Source: Bacteriovoracaceae bacterium UBA6153
Lineage (GTDB): Bacteria > Bdellovibrionota > Bacteriovoracia > Bacteriovoracales > Bacteriovoracaceae
Reading direction: 5' to 3'
Length of the DNA: 64,000 nucleotides
Assembly (NCBI GenBank): GCA_002428265.1
Contig: DIUR01000010.1
Span: 3,639 to 67,638, forward strand
Part shown: piece by piece, positions 1 to 9,186 of the stretch
How positions within the stretch are numbered: position 1 is the stretch's first letter
Layout: each line of letters starts with the position of its first letter
Notes under the pieces: model-generated
What the model saw: the letters and a program-made list of their open reading frames with translations, nothing else
Told to the model about the DNA's origin: nothing
Databases searched by the model: none
Position numbers and translations under genes: made by a program

Positions 1-26
1 ATATCGATCTTGTTGACGAAGAATAG
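1..26 (+). CDS. rpsB: 3' end of the upstream gene, probably ribosomal protein S2 (partial)
   Basis: Frame from nt 3 reads IDLVDEE-stop (TAG 24-26). An acidic tail directly before tsf fits the usual rpsB-tsf synteny; the call rests on synteny only. Confidence 0.35.
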
Positions 27-67
27 TCCCTGATTAGTTTTAATTTTTAAAAGATAAGGAAATAGAT

Positions 68-724
68 ATGACACAAATTACTGCAAAACTTGTTTCTGAG
101 CTAAGAGAAAAAACTGGTGCTGGAATGATGGACTGTAAAAAAGCTCTTGGTGAAGTAAATGGCGATATCGAAAAAGCTATCGATTACCTAAGACAAAAAG
201 GTCTAGCTGCTGCTCAAAAGAAGCAATCTCGTATTGCCGCTGAAGGTGCTGTAGCATCATACATCCACGGTGGAAAACTTGGTGTAATGGTTGAAGTTAA
301 CTGTGAAACAGACTTCGTAGCTAAATCAGAAGATTTCCAAACTTTCGTTAAAGATGTAGCTATGCACGTAGCTGCAGCTGATCCTAAGTTCGTAAGAGCT
401 TCGGAAATGGATCAGGCATTCGTAGATAGAGAAATTGCAATCTATACTGCTCAGTTAAAAGAAGAAGGGAAACCAGAAAACATGATCCCGAAAATCGTAG
501 AAGGAAAAGTTAAGAAGTTAGCTTCTGAAGTTTGTCTTCTTGATCAAAAATTCATCAAGAACCCGGACATTTCTGTTCAGGATCTAATCAATGAACTTAC
601 TATTAAAGTTGGAGAAAAAATCGACGTAAGAAGATTTGTAAAATTCAACCTTGGAGAAGGTATTGAGAAGAAAGTTGACGACTTCGCAGCTGAAGTTGCT
701 TCTATGACTGGTGGAAAGCAGTAA
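68..724 (+). CDS. tsf: translation elongation factor Ts (short form)
   Basis: LREKTGAGMMDCKKAL N-terminus, EVNCETDFVAK motif, AAGGA RBS upstream. Confidence 0.98.
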   Translation: MTQITAKLVSELREKTGAGMMDCKKALGEVNGDIEKAIDYLRQKGLAAAQKKQSRIAAEGAVASYIHGGKLGVMVEVNCETDFVAKSEDFQTFVKDVAMHVAAADPKFVRASEMDQAFVDREIAIYTAQLKEEGKPENMIPKIVEGKVKKLASEVCLLDQKFIKNPDISVQDLINELTIKVGEKIDVRRFVKFNLGEGIEKKVDDFAAEVASMTGGKQ

Positions 725-746
725 TTAAGAATTTATGAAATCACAC

Positions 747-775
747 AAAGGGGCTTGCAAAGGCCCCTTTTTTTT
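747..775 (+). terminator. rho-independent terminator after tsf
   Basis: AAAGGGGC-ttgcaaag-GCCCCTTT stem followed by a T run ending at 775. Confidence 0.8.
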
Positions 776-791
776 GACCAACAATTGAGGA

Positions 792-1508
792 ATGATAATG
801 AAGTATAACCGAATTCTTTTGAAACTTTCTGGTGAGGCACTTGCCGGTGAACTAGGACACGGAATTTCTGCAGAAGTGTTAACGACTATCGCTGGAGAGA
901 TTAAAGAACTTCAAGCTATGGGTGTTGAAATCGCGATCGTTATCGGTGGCGGAAATATTCACCGTGGAGTAGCAGGTGCTACTAAAGGAATGGATAGGAC
1001 AACTTCAGATCACATGGGAATGCTTGCGACAGTGATCAATTCACTCGCTCTTCAAGATAGTCTTGAAAGACATGATATTAACTCTAGAGTTTTAACAGCT
1101 ATCGATATGCAAGAAATTGCAGAGCCGTACATTAGAAGACGTGCTGTTCGCCACCTTGAAAAGAAAAGAGTGGTTATCTTTGCAGCTGGAACTGGGAATC
1201 CATACTTCACAACAGATACTGCCGCAGCGCTTCGTGCAAATGAAATTGACGCACAGGTGATAATGAAAGCAACAAAAGTTGATGGAATCTATAATAAAGA
1301 CCCAATGAAGTTTAAAGATGCTGTAAAGATTGATAAACTGAAGTTTATGGATGTTCTAAATCAAGGGCTTGCTGTTATGGATTCAACAGCAATTAGTCTT
1401 TCGATGGATAACGAAATTGATATTCTTGTTTTCAACATGTTTGAAAAGGGAAATATCAAGCGCGCTGTTCTTGGTGAAAACATCGGTACGATTGTAACTA
1501 ATAAATAG
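792..1508 (+). CDS. pyrH: UMP kinase
   Basis: [19 protein letters not shown] and [17 protein letters not shown] motifs. Confidence 0.98.
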   Translation: MIMKYNRILLKLSGEALAGELGHGISAEVLTTIAGEIKELQAMGVEIAIVIGGGNIHRGVAGATKGMDRTTSDHMGMLATVINSLALQDSLERHDINSRVLTAIDMQEIAEPYIRRRAVRHLEKKRVVIFAAGTGNPYFTTDTAAALRANEIDAQVIMKATKVDGIYNKDPMKFKDAVKIDKLKFMDVLNQGLAVMDSTAISLSMDNEIDILVFNMFEKGNIKRAVLGENIGTIVTNK

Positions 1509-1535
1509 AATATTAAATAACGAAAGGGGTCTCAT

Positions 1536-2093
1536 ATGATGAACGAAACAAAAACTTCATTAAATGATTCAATGAAAAAAGCCGTTGATTCACTTAAGCA
1601 CCAATTAACAAAAGTACGTACAGGAAGAGCATCAGCATCTATTTTAGATGGTGTTCAAGTTGATTATTATGGATCTATGTCACCAATCTCTCAGCTTGGT
1701 CAGATCTCAACTCCTGAAGCACGTCTTCTTCAAATTCAGCCATTCGATAAAACGATGATCGCTGCTATTGAAAAAGCTATTTTTGGAGCTAACCTTGGTG
1801 TAACTCCAACGAACGATGGAAACTTTGTTCGTCTTAACTTTCCTTCATTAACTGAAGACAAAAGAAAAGACATCGCAAAAGAAATTAAGAAAATTGGTGA
1901 GGACGCGAAAGTTGTTCTAAGAAACCTACGTCGTGATTCTAACGAAGCTATTAAAAAGGCTGAGAAAGATAAGACGATTTCAGAAGACGATTCTAAAAAA
2001 ATCCAAACTGAAATCCAAAATATCACTGATAAATTCACGAAAGAGATCGACACCGTCATCTCTAATAAAGAAAAAGAAGTACTGGCAGTTTAA
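1536..2093 (+). CDS. frr: ribosome recycling factor
   Basis: VRTGRAS motif, helical RRF pattern, synteny with pyrH. Confidence 0.97.
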   Translation: MMNETKTSLNDSMKKAVDSLKHQLTKVRTGRASASILDGVQVDYYGSMSPISQLGQISTPEARLLQIQPFDKTMIAAIEKAIFGANLGVTPTNDGNFVRLNFPSLTEDKRKDIAKEIKKIGEDAKVVLRNLRRDSNEAIKKAEKDKTISEDDSKKIQTEIQNITDKFTKEIDTVISNKEKEVLAV

Positions 2094-2105
2094 TTGGATA
2101 CAACA

Positions 2106-2867
2106 ATGGAACCTCTGGTTCACAACATTAAGCACGTCGCTGTCATTATGGATGGCAATGGCCGTTGGGCCAAAGAGCGTTCTCACCCGAGAGTGTGGGG
2201 CCACGTGCGCGGTTCCGGAGTTGTGTCACATATTGTTCAGGAAGCGGACTCACTGGGGATTGAAGCGCTTACAATGTATGCGTTCTCATCAGAAAACTGG
2301 AGTCGTCCACAGACTGAAGTTCTTGTGCTCTTTAATCTTCTTTATAAATTCTTAAAGAAAGAGCGCACACGTATTTTAAAAAACAACATCAGATTCAGAA
2401 TCATGGGAGATATAACAAATCTTCCAGAGCAGACTAGAAAGCTGATTGCTCAGTTAGAGCAAGAGACAGCTCATCATCAAGGCTTAAAATTAACTTTTGC
2501 TTTTGGTTACGGTGGACGATCTGAAATCACTCATGCAGTTAATAATTTTATTAAAGCTAATCCTGGAAAAGAAATCAGTGAAGAAGACTTAAATGACTTT
2601 ATGATGATTCCTGATCTTGGTGATGTGGATTTATTAATCAGGTCGGGTGGAGATCACCGCGTATCTAATTTTATGCTTTGGCAGATAGCTTACGCGGAAA
2701 TGTATTTTACAAAAACAAAATGGCCGGATTTTACGGTTACTGAGTTTAGATACATTATTGAACAAGTCGCTAAAAGAGAAAGACGTTTTGGAGCAGTTGC
2801 TCCAACAAATAATCTTCAAGACAACATCATAGTCGCACGCGAAAATCAAAGAGCGATCAGAGGCTAA
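2106..2867 (+). CDS. uppS: undecaprenyl diphosphate synthase (cis-prenyltransferase)
   Basis: HVAVIMDGNGRWA, YAFSSENWSRP and RVSNFMLWQIAYAE motifs. ATG 2106 is preferred over the track's TTG 2094. Confidence 0.96.
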   Translation: MEPLVHNIKHVAVIMDGNGRWAKERSHPRVWGHVRGSGVVSHIVQEADSLGIEALTMYAFSSENWSRPQTEVLVLFNLLYKFLKKERTRILKNNIRFRIMGDITNLPEQTRKLIAQLEQETAHHQGLKLTFAFGYGGRSEITHAVNNFIKANPGKEISEEDLNDFMMIPDLGDVDLLIRSGGDHRVSNFMLWQIAYAEMYFTKTKWPDFTVTEFRYIIEQVAKRERRFGAVAPTNNLQDNIIVARENQRAIRG

Positions 2868-3700
2868 TGATGTCAAATACAAAAGAAAGAATCATTTCAG
2901 CATTAATTATGGCGGCGATCGTGATCGCAGCAGTATTAGGCGGAAGATGGACAACACTTCTAGCTGTTTGGGCCGCAGGTGTACTTTGTATTGATGAGTT
3001 GCTTTGTAATTTTGCTAAAGTTAAAAGAAGCGATTTCGTTTTTAAATATGTCGTGATCTTTTTCACACTCTTTTTTGTCACAGTAAATGCACTCAATGCC
3101 AGACTTTCACTTTATTTTTTCACGATAGCATCTTTGATGCTGAATTTATTTTTGATTTATTACTTATTTAAAATTCCTATGGAAAAAGCGTTCATGAAAA
3201 ACAGCGCTATTAAAACTCCGGGATTAATTGCTGCTTTAGTTATCCTTCCACTTCTGTCGTTTGGGATTCATTTCGAGACGGAAAATTGGAGACAAATTCT
3301 TGGTATGTTATTGATCGTTACTTACTCTATGGATACCGGAGCTTGGTTTGTTGGCAAAAATTTCGGTAAACATAAATTATGGCCAGTAGTAAGTCCTAAG
3401 AAAACTGTTGAGGGATTAATTGGTGGTATGATCATTGCTGCACTATGTGGCTCATTGGCATGGTACTATTTCTTTGATCAATTCAGATGGTATTACTCAG
3501 TTATTTTCGCTCTTTGCGGAATGATGTCGCAAGTCGGTGATTTAGTTCAGTCAAAACTTAAAAGAGAGTTTGAAATCAAAGACAGCTCAAACCTGATTCC
3601 AGGACATGGCGGGGTATACGATCGTATAGACAGCCTTATCTTTCTGTCGCCTTTTTTCGTGATTGTTGTAAAATACTTAGGACAGCAATTTACAATTTAA
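2867..3700 (+). CDS. cdsA: phosphatidate cytidylyltransferase
   Basis: SPKKTVEG and GDLVQSKLKREFEIKDSSNLIPGHGGVYDRIDS motifs; multi-TM. Confidence 0.96.
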   Translation: MMSNTKERIISALIMAAIVIAAVLGGRWTTLLAVWAAGVLCIDELLCNFAKVKRSDFVFKYVVIFFTLFFVTVNALNARLSLYFFTIASLMLNLFLIYYLFKIPMEKAFMKNSAIKTPGLIAALVILPLLSFGIHFETENWRQILGMLLIVTYSMDTGAWFVGKNFGKHKLWPVVSPKKTVEGLIGGMIIAALCGSLAWYYFFDQFRWYYSVIFALCGMMSQVGDLVQSKLKREFEIKDSSNLIPGHGGVYDRIDSLIFLSPFFVIVVKYLGQQFTI

Positions 3701-3734
3701 AACTCTCAATTTGTCAGAGTATTAAGAGGCTTCC

Positions 3735-5309
3735 ATGTTATTAGAAAAAATCGTCGTATTTATTATTTTCCTTGGGCCATTGGTTTTTTTCCATGAGCTC
3801 GGCCACTTTCTTTTCGCCAGATTATTTGGTGTTAGAGTTGAAGTCTTTTCAATTGGATTTGGTCCAAAACTTTTCAAGAAAAAATGGGGTGATACTGAGT
3901 ATGCAGTCTCAGCTATACCACTAGGTGGATACGTTAAGATGTATGGAGATGATCCATTCAATAAAGATGATATCCCTGAATCAGAAAGAGCAAAAAGTTT
4001 TACTCACCAAGGTAAGTGGGCACGCTTTTGGATCGTTATGGGTGGACCATTAGCGAACTTCATTTTAGCTTTCGTGATTTTCTTTGCTCTATTAATTGCT
4101 GGAGAGAGGATTCCAGAAATTAAAATTGGTGCAATCACTCCAGAGACAAGCCTTTATCAAAATGGCGTAAGAACAGGTGACGTTCTTGTTCAAGTGAACA
4201 AAAACGATGTTTATAACCCTTCTGACTTAATGGTTGATGGAAATACAATTGTTAGTTCGTTAACAATTAAAAGAAATGGCGAGACAAAAGAATTAAACGT
4301 TAACTTTGCCGGAGATAAATTCTTCGAAGAAGTTTTAAAGTATCCTCCTTTTTTAAGAAAGCCATACCTGGTTGATAACAGCGCTAATCGTTTTGTGATT
4401 ACTGCTAATAAAGATCAAACTGATTCTCAGCACTCAATTGAAGAGCTGGCGAATATGGAAAACGTAAAAACTCTTTACTTGTACCCGGTTGTTAAAGGTG
4501 AAGACCTGGCGAGCGATACAGTAAAGGTTGATACTGCTGCAGTTAAAGAAATTAAGGTTTCATACAATAATCTAAATACTCTTTTAATTGCTCTTGAAGC
4601 TCAAGGTCTAAGAACCATTGATTTAATGGTTAGAAGTGTAAACATGGGTTCTCCAGCCGATAAAGTTGGAATCAAAAGTGATGATGTATTCATTAGTCTT
4701 GAGGGACAGAAAGTTTATAGCTTTGAAGAATTAAGAACAAAACTTCAGACAATTAATAAGCCTACTGTAGATGTAGAAGTCTATAGTGCAGGTGTGCTTA
4801 AAAAAATTACAGTGACTCCTGATTCAAGTGTTCAAGATGGAAAAACTGTTAAGCTCTTAGGTGTATATAGTTTCATTGAGGTTTTAAAAACAAACTTCGT
4901 TTTAACAAAGTCTAAAGGTCTTTGGAGCTCGACAACAGTTGCCGTTGCCCGTACATGGGATTCAATGAAGAAAACTGTTGATGGGTTTGTGAAATTGATT
5001 ACAAATCAAGTTTCTCTGAAATCAATCGGTGGACCACTTGCTATTGGTAAAGTTGCCCATGATTCATTTAATACATCACTTTCATACTTCTTTCAGTTAA
5101 TGGCACTCATATCTGTAAACCTTGGTGTTATTAACCTTTTCCCAATTCCAGTTCTTGATGGTGGGCATATCATGTTCATCGTTTTAGAAATTGTGAATCG
5201 TGGACCACTTTCGAGAAGAAAGATGGAGATTGCTCAACAGGTAGGGTTATCAGTTCTGTTAATGCTAATGGTTGGTGCAATTTTTAATGATGTGACTAGG
5301 TTCTTTTAA
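3735..5309 (+). CDS. rseP: RseP/M50 intramembrane metalloprotease with PDZ domains
   Basis: HELGH zinc motif, GGPLAN, INLFPIPVLDGG. Confidence 0.95.
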   Translation: MLLEKIVVFIIFLGPLVFFHELGHFLFARLFGVRVEVFSIGFGPKLFKKKWGDTEYAVSAIPLGGYVKMYGDDPFNKDDIPESERAKSFTHQGKWARFWIVMGGPLANFILAFVIFFALLIAGERIPEIKIGAITPETSLYQNGVRTGDVLVQVNKNDVYNPSDLMVDGNTIVSSLTIKRNGETKELNVNFAGDKFFEEVLKYPPFLRKPYLVDNSANRFVITANKDQTDSQHSIEELANMENVKTLYLYPVVKGEDLASDTVKVDTAAVKEIKVSYNNLNTLLIALEAQGLRTIDLMVRSVNMGSPADKVGIKSDDVFISLEGQKVYSFEELRTKLQTINKPTVDVEVYSAGVLKKITVTPDSSVQDGKTVKLLGVYSFIEVLKTNFVLTKSKGLWSSTTVAVARTWDSMKKTVDGFVKLITNQVSLKSIGGPLAIGKVAHDSFNTSLSYFFQLMALISVNLGVINLFPIPVLDGGHIMFIVLEIVNRGPLSRRKMEIAQQVGLSVLLMLMVGAIFNDVTRFF

Positions 5310-5893
5310 TGCATTCTTTGTATGTGGATAGTACTTCTGGATTAGTGATCGGGCTGCTTGACTCAGATTTTAACTGGGTTGAGTACCTCGATACTCAAGA
5401 GAAAAAACCTTCAGAAGTTATCCATGTAGAAATCTTTAATCTTGTTAAAAAATACAATCTTGATTTAAAAAATATGAACTTCTTTTTTTCAGCAGGCCCT
5501 GGATCATACACTGGGATGCGTTTAGGAGAAGGGATTGCTCAGGTGCTTGCCTGGGATTCATTAAAGGTTTTTTCGTTTCATCATTTTGATGTTCCTGTGA
5601 TGGTAGGAGTTGAAAAAGGCTTCTGGGTAACGAATGCTTTTAAAGGGCAAGTATTTATCTATAACTGGGATGGGAAAAAAGCTGAAAAGGAACTTGTTAA
5701 TTCGGCAGATTTTAAGATTGTTGACCTTGAGTTAGGTTATACACTTTCAAGCGAAGTGAAAGATTTTGGGCATCTTAAAACGACAAAAGATCTAATAAAA
5801 AATGAGTCTCAAAAAATCTTTTCAAAAGTTTACGAAGAAAAAATGAGAGAAGCACCTTACTATTTCCGAACATTGGAAGAGGAATTTAAATAG
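5309..5893 (+). CDS. tsaB: tRNA threonylcarbamoyladenosine biosynthesis protein TsaB-like
   Basis: GPGSYTGMRLG motif and N-terminal LYVDST; shorter than a typical TsaB. Confidence 0.8.
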   Translation: MHSLYVDSTSGLVIGLLDSDFNWVEYLDTQEKKPSEVIHVEIFNLVKKYNLDLKNMNFFFSAGPGSYTGMRLGEGIAQVLAWDSLKVFSFHHFDVPVMVGVEKGFWVTNAFKGQVFIYNWDGKKAEKELVNSADFKIVDLELGYTLSSEVKDFGHLKTTKDLIKNESQKIFSKVYEEKMREAPYYFRTLEEEFK

Positions 5894-5894
5894 T

Positions 5895-6554
5895 ATGGTG
5901 AAGTCTTATCTTCCTGCCAAATTTAATACTTTTGCTTTCATTGTATTCTTTTTACTTTGGCTTTTTAGTTTTTATAAAACCATGCTACTTGCAATGGTCG
6001 CCTACGTTGTCTTGTATGTGACTTTAAGAAAAAATAGAAACGACTTTCGCGATGATCCGATGTCCACTAAAGGTGTAATGTTCTCACCGGCCAATGGAAA
6101 AATCGTGCATATCGAACACAATGTCTCGCACGGAATGTATGGTGAGCAGTTAGTGGAAATCCAGATCATGATTCCATGGTGGAAAGAGATGGGGGTTTTT
6201 ATGCCGCTATCAGCAGAGATCAAAACACTTTTAGTCCTAAAAGGTCAGTCGTTTTTCAGATATCACAAAGCTGAAGAAAAAATTGGAACGAGAGAAGGCA
6301 AAGGGGTCGCACTTGCTCTGGATAACAGAGGGGAGACGACGGGTCTTACATTTTTTAAGTGCAAAGTCGGTTTATGGCCTGAATTGATGGTTATGCCCGG
6401 TGATAGAGGCGGACGCAGAGTGAATATCGGATACTTTCCCTTTGGTGGAACAGTGATGCTTTATTTACCGAAAAAATATGAGATACTAATGAAAATAAAC
6501 GATGAAGTTACTGCGGGTGAGTCAATCCTTGCCGTAATTCCCGATCATGCCTAA
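5895..6554 (+). CDS. phosphatidylserine decarboxylase-like membrane protein, probably catalytically inactive
   Basis: SPANGKIV motif, N-terminal TM helices, located directly before pssA. The C-terminal motif reads FGGTVMLYLP instead of FGSRV. Confidence 0.75.
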   Translation: MVKSYLPAKFNTFAFIVFFLLWLFSFYKTMLLAMVAYVVLYVTLRKNRNDFRDDPMSTKGVMFSPANGKIVHIEHNVSHGMYGEQLVEIQIMIPWWKEMGVFMPLSAEIKTLLVLKGQSFFRYHKAEEKIGTREGKGVALALDNRGETTGLTFFKCKVGLWPELMVMPGDRGGRRVNIGYFPFGGTVMLYLPKKYEILMKINDEVTAGESILAVIPDHA

Positions 6555-6566
6555 AGGTTATTAGAA

Positions 6567-7337
6567 ATGCTAAATACTCCAAGAAGACTCGCTTTTTTCC
6601 TTCCTAACACATTTACTGCGTTAAATATGGCATGTGGATTCTTCTCAATCATCCTTGGATATAAAGGAGATTTTTATCAAGCTTCAATGATCCTGGTTCT
6701 TGGTGCTATTTTCGATTCAGTTGACGGGAGAGTCGCAAGAATGACTGGAACTCAATCAGCATTCGGTGAGCAATTCGATTCAATTTCAGATGTCGTTACT
6801 TTTGGTGTGGCGCCGGCATTTCTTGTTTATAACAAATTCTTTATTGGAATGGGACGTCTTGGTCTTATTACATCATTCATTTTCTTATTATGTGGAGCTC
6901 TAAGGCTTGCTCGCTTTAATGCCAACATTGATAAAGTAAGCTCTGATTTTTTTCAGGGACTTCCTATTCCAAGTGGAGCATTAGCTATTGTAGGTCTGAC
7001 TTTATTTTCAATGGAATTTCCAGAATTGTTTGATTATAAAGCTGCTTCATACGTGGCGATTGGATATGTTTTATTTTATGCCTTCTTGATGATTTCAAGC
7101 ATTCCCTTTAACTCTTTTAAAAACTCACCATGGGTGAAGTCACATAAGAAGAGAGTTTTATTTATTATTTTCGTTATTATGATTCTTATTTTCTCATACC
7201 ATGAAGTGATGATCGGTGGTTTGATCCTGCTTTATGTTCTTGGGTCTCTTCTTTATTTCTTTAAAAATAAAGGTGCCCTTGAAGAAATGTTTCACTGGAA
7301 AGGTGATGATGAAGAAGACCACGGTCATCAGATTTAA
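6567..7337 (+). CDS. pssA: CDP-diacylglycerol--serine O-phosphatidyltransferase
   Basis: PNTFT, DGRVARMTGTQSAFGEQFDSISD (CDP-alcohol phosphotransferase motif), RLARFN, FQGLPIP. Confidence 0.95.
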   Translation: MLNTPRRLAFFLPNTFTALNMACGFFSIILGYKGDFYQASMILVLGAIFDSVDGRVARMTGTQSAFGEQFDSISDVVTFGVAPAFLVYNKFFIGMGRLGLITSFIFLLCGALRLARFNANIDKVSSDFFQGLPIPSGALAIVGLTLFSMEFPELFDYKAASYVAIGYVLFYAFLMISSIPFNSFKNSPWVKSHKKRVLFIIFVIMILIFSYHEVMIGGLILLYVLGSLLYFFKNKGALEEMFHWKGDDEEDHGHQI

Positions 7338-7373
7338 TTTTTTTTAAGTTAAGATACTTAGTAGGAGTATTCT

Positions 7374-8339
7374 ATGTCTGGAAGGAATCTGGCAGTTGTC
7401 TTTACCTCCCTCTTATTTTCACTATCAGTGAGCGCTGTTGACTTGGAACATTCGGTTTCAGGCGATGACGAAATAGAAAACACATTAGAAACATCGAAAG
7501 TCTCTGGAAATAGCCCTTACCTGGTCGAAGGTGAGTCTTCAGATAACGTTGAAAAATCTAAGCCTAATGGCGAAGATTATATTTTCAATCATGGGGTTAA
7601 AGAAGTTTCTGGGAAAAATAATAAACGTTATAAAGATTTTGGTTACACAATGCCGGGATCTGCTGAAAAACAAGAAAACTACATCGAGCTTGATAAATTA
7701 AAAATTGCAAAAGATTTTAGAAGAGCAGGGACGGCTGGCTTCAATATTACTTTTGTAAAAAACGACTTTGATTATACGTCTGATAACGATGTCATCAATC
7801 GCACAGTTGGGACTGGTTACAAAAGTGTAAAGGGTGGAACTATATTATTCAGAAACGATCAGTATATTTTTAAAACAGATTATTTGAATGCTCATTGGTC
7901 AATCGGTGCTGGAGTTGGATATAATTCTGGTCGCGGTATCTTCATTGATGGAACGAGAAGTAATACAACTTTCAAACTTTGGGAAGTTCCTATCGATGCA
8001 GGTCTAGGATTAGAAATTCCTTTATACAGCTGGTTTAAAATTGCAGGAACCGGAGGACCGAGTGTGATGGGTCTTATGCAAAACAGGTCTGATATCCAGC
8101 GTGGTGAAAAAGGGAAAAGGAAAATTCAAGTGAGCCCAGGATATTTCGCCAATGCTCAGTTTAAAATTAACCTGACAGGCTTTAGTGATGACATGGCCTA
8201 TGAACTATTTTCTAGCAGTGACATCACAAACTTATTTTTAAATCTTGAAATTCGCCACCAAAAGTATGCGAGCTTTCAGGATGCGATTGAAATTTCTGGA
8301 ACATCTTTTGGTTTAGGTTTTACATTTGAATATTTATAA
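7374..8339 (+). CDS. hypothetical exported protein, probable outer-membrane beta-barrel
   Basis: Signal peptide (VSA-V), alternating amphipathic strands, C-terminus FGLGFTFEYL. Confidence 0.6.
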   Translation: MSGRNLAVVFTSLLFSLSVSAVDLEHSVSGDDEIENTLETSKVSGNSPYLVEGESSDNVEKSKPNGEDYIFNHGVKEVSGKNNKRYKDFGYTMPGSAEKQENYIELDKLKIAKDFRRAGTAGFNITFVKNDFDYTSDNDVINRTVGTGYKSVKGGTILFRNDQYIFKTDYLNAHWSIGAGVGYNSGRGIFIDGTRSNTTFKLWEVPIDAGLGLEIPLYSWFKIAGTGGPSVMGLMQNRSDIQRGEKGKRKIQVSPGYFANAQFKINLTGFSDDMAYELFSSSDITNLFLNLEIRHQKYASFQDAIEISGTSFGLGFTFEYL

Positions 8340-9093
8340 AATCACTGTTGCCTATAAAGGAACTCACTTTTCTGGATTTCAGGTCCAGGCGACAGACACA
8401 ACTATTCAAGGTGAGATCAATGCAGCCTTGAAAATTCTTTCCAAGTCAGATGAGATCAAAACTCTTGGTTCTGGTAGAACCGATGCAGGTGTTCATGCTC
8501 TTGCTCAGGTGATGAAAATAGAAATTCCAGTTTTTATACCAGTCCAGAATATTGCAAAGGCCATCAATGCGCATTTGCCTGATGATATCAGGGTTATTGC
8601 TGCAGAAATTTCTAATAGTGAATTTCATCCAATCTATTCTGCTAAATCAAAAGAATATAATTACGTTTTTACGACAGAGGAAGTGATCTCTCCATTTGCC
8701 AGAGAACTCATGACGCACTTCCCGTTTGACCTAGATATTGAGCTAATGAGAAAAGGCTGCCAGATTTTTTGTGGAGAACATGATTTTATAAATTATCAGT
8801 GTGTCGGAACTGATGTTGAGAGCACAGTGCGAAAAATTATCTCTTGTGAACTGGTGCGCCAAGAGTCAACTGGGCATTGGGGGAATTTAGTTGGAGAGTA
8901 TTATGTTTTAAAAGTGGTCGGAAACGGCTTCTTGAAGCAAATGGTGCGTCTTCTCATGGGCGCATTAATCAGTCTGGGAAAAGGGAAAATAACCCTGGAA
9001 GATCTTGAAAAATCACTTAAAACACCGCTTAAAAATCGTCTTGGTGCAACTGCTCCGCCGCAAGGATTGTATCTTAAAGAAGTCCATTATTAG
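8326..9093 (+). CDS. truA: tRNA pseudouridine(38-40) synthase
   Basis: GSGRTDAGVHA catalytic motif, GFLKQMVR, TAPPQGLYL. Confidence 0.97.
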   Translation: MNIYKITVAYKGTHFSGFQVQATDTTIQGEINAALKILSKSDEIKTLGSGRTDAGVHALAQVMKIEIPVFIPVQNIAKAINAHLPDDIRVIAAEISNSEFHPIYSAKSKEYNYVFTTEEVISPFARELMTHFPFDLDIELMRKGCQIFCGEHDFINYQCVGTDVESTVRKIISCELVRQESTGHWGNLVGEYYVLKVVGNGFLKQMVRLLMGALISLGKGKITLEDLEKSLKTPLKNRLGATAPPQGLYLKEVHY

Positions 9094-9128
9094 CCGCTAA
9101 TTCTCCAAGCGAAAAACGTCGCAATTCA

Positions 9129-9157
9129 TTGACATTACGGGCCCTCTTTAATACTTT
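9129..9157 (+). promoter_or_regulatory. sigma70-type promoter of tig
   Basis: TTGACA-17 nt-TACTTT upstream of tig. Confidence 0.55.
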
Positions 9158-9186
9158 TGGAGAACTATTTTTAAGAGAGGATTTTT

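Noticed and set aside
1933-2355. 140-aa alternative-frame ORF spanning frr/uppS, and 19186-19566 inside the oxidoreductase
   Set aside because: Same-strand off-frame overlaps of conserved genes with Lys/Leu-biased composition; no sign of programmed frameshifting.
4656-4663. GCCGATAA sigma28 -10 boxes inside rseP (4656) and gltD (about 30782 and 32376)
   Set aside because: They are intragenic, lack a correctly spaced -35 and are explained by Ala-Asp-Lys codons. This shows the 8-mer alone is weak evidence.
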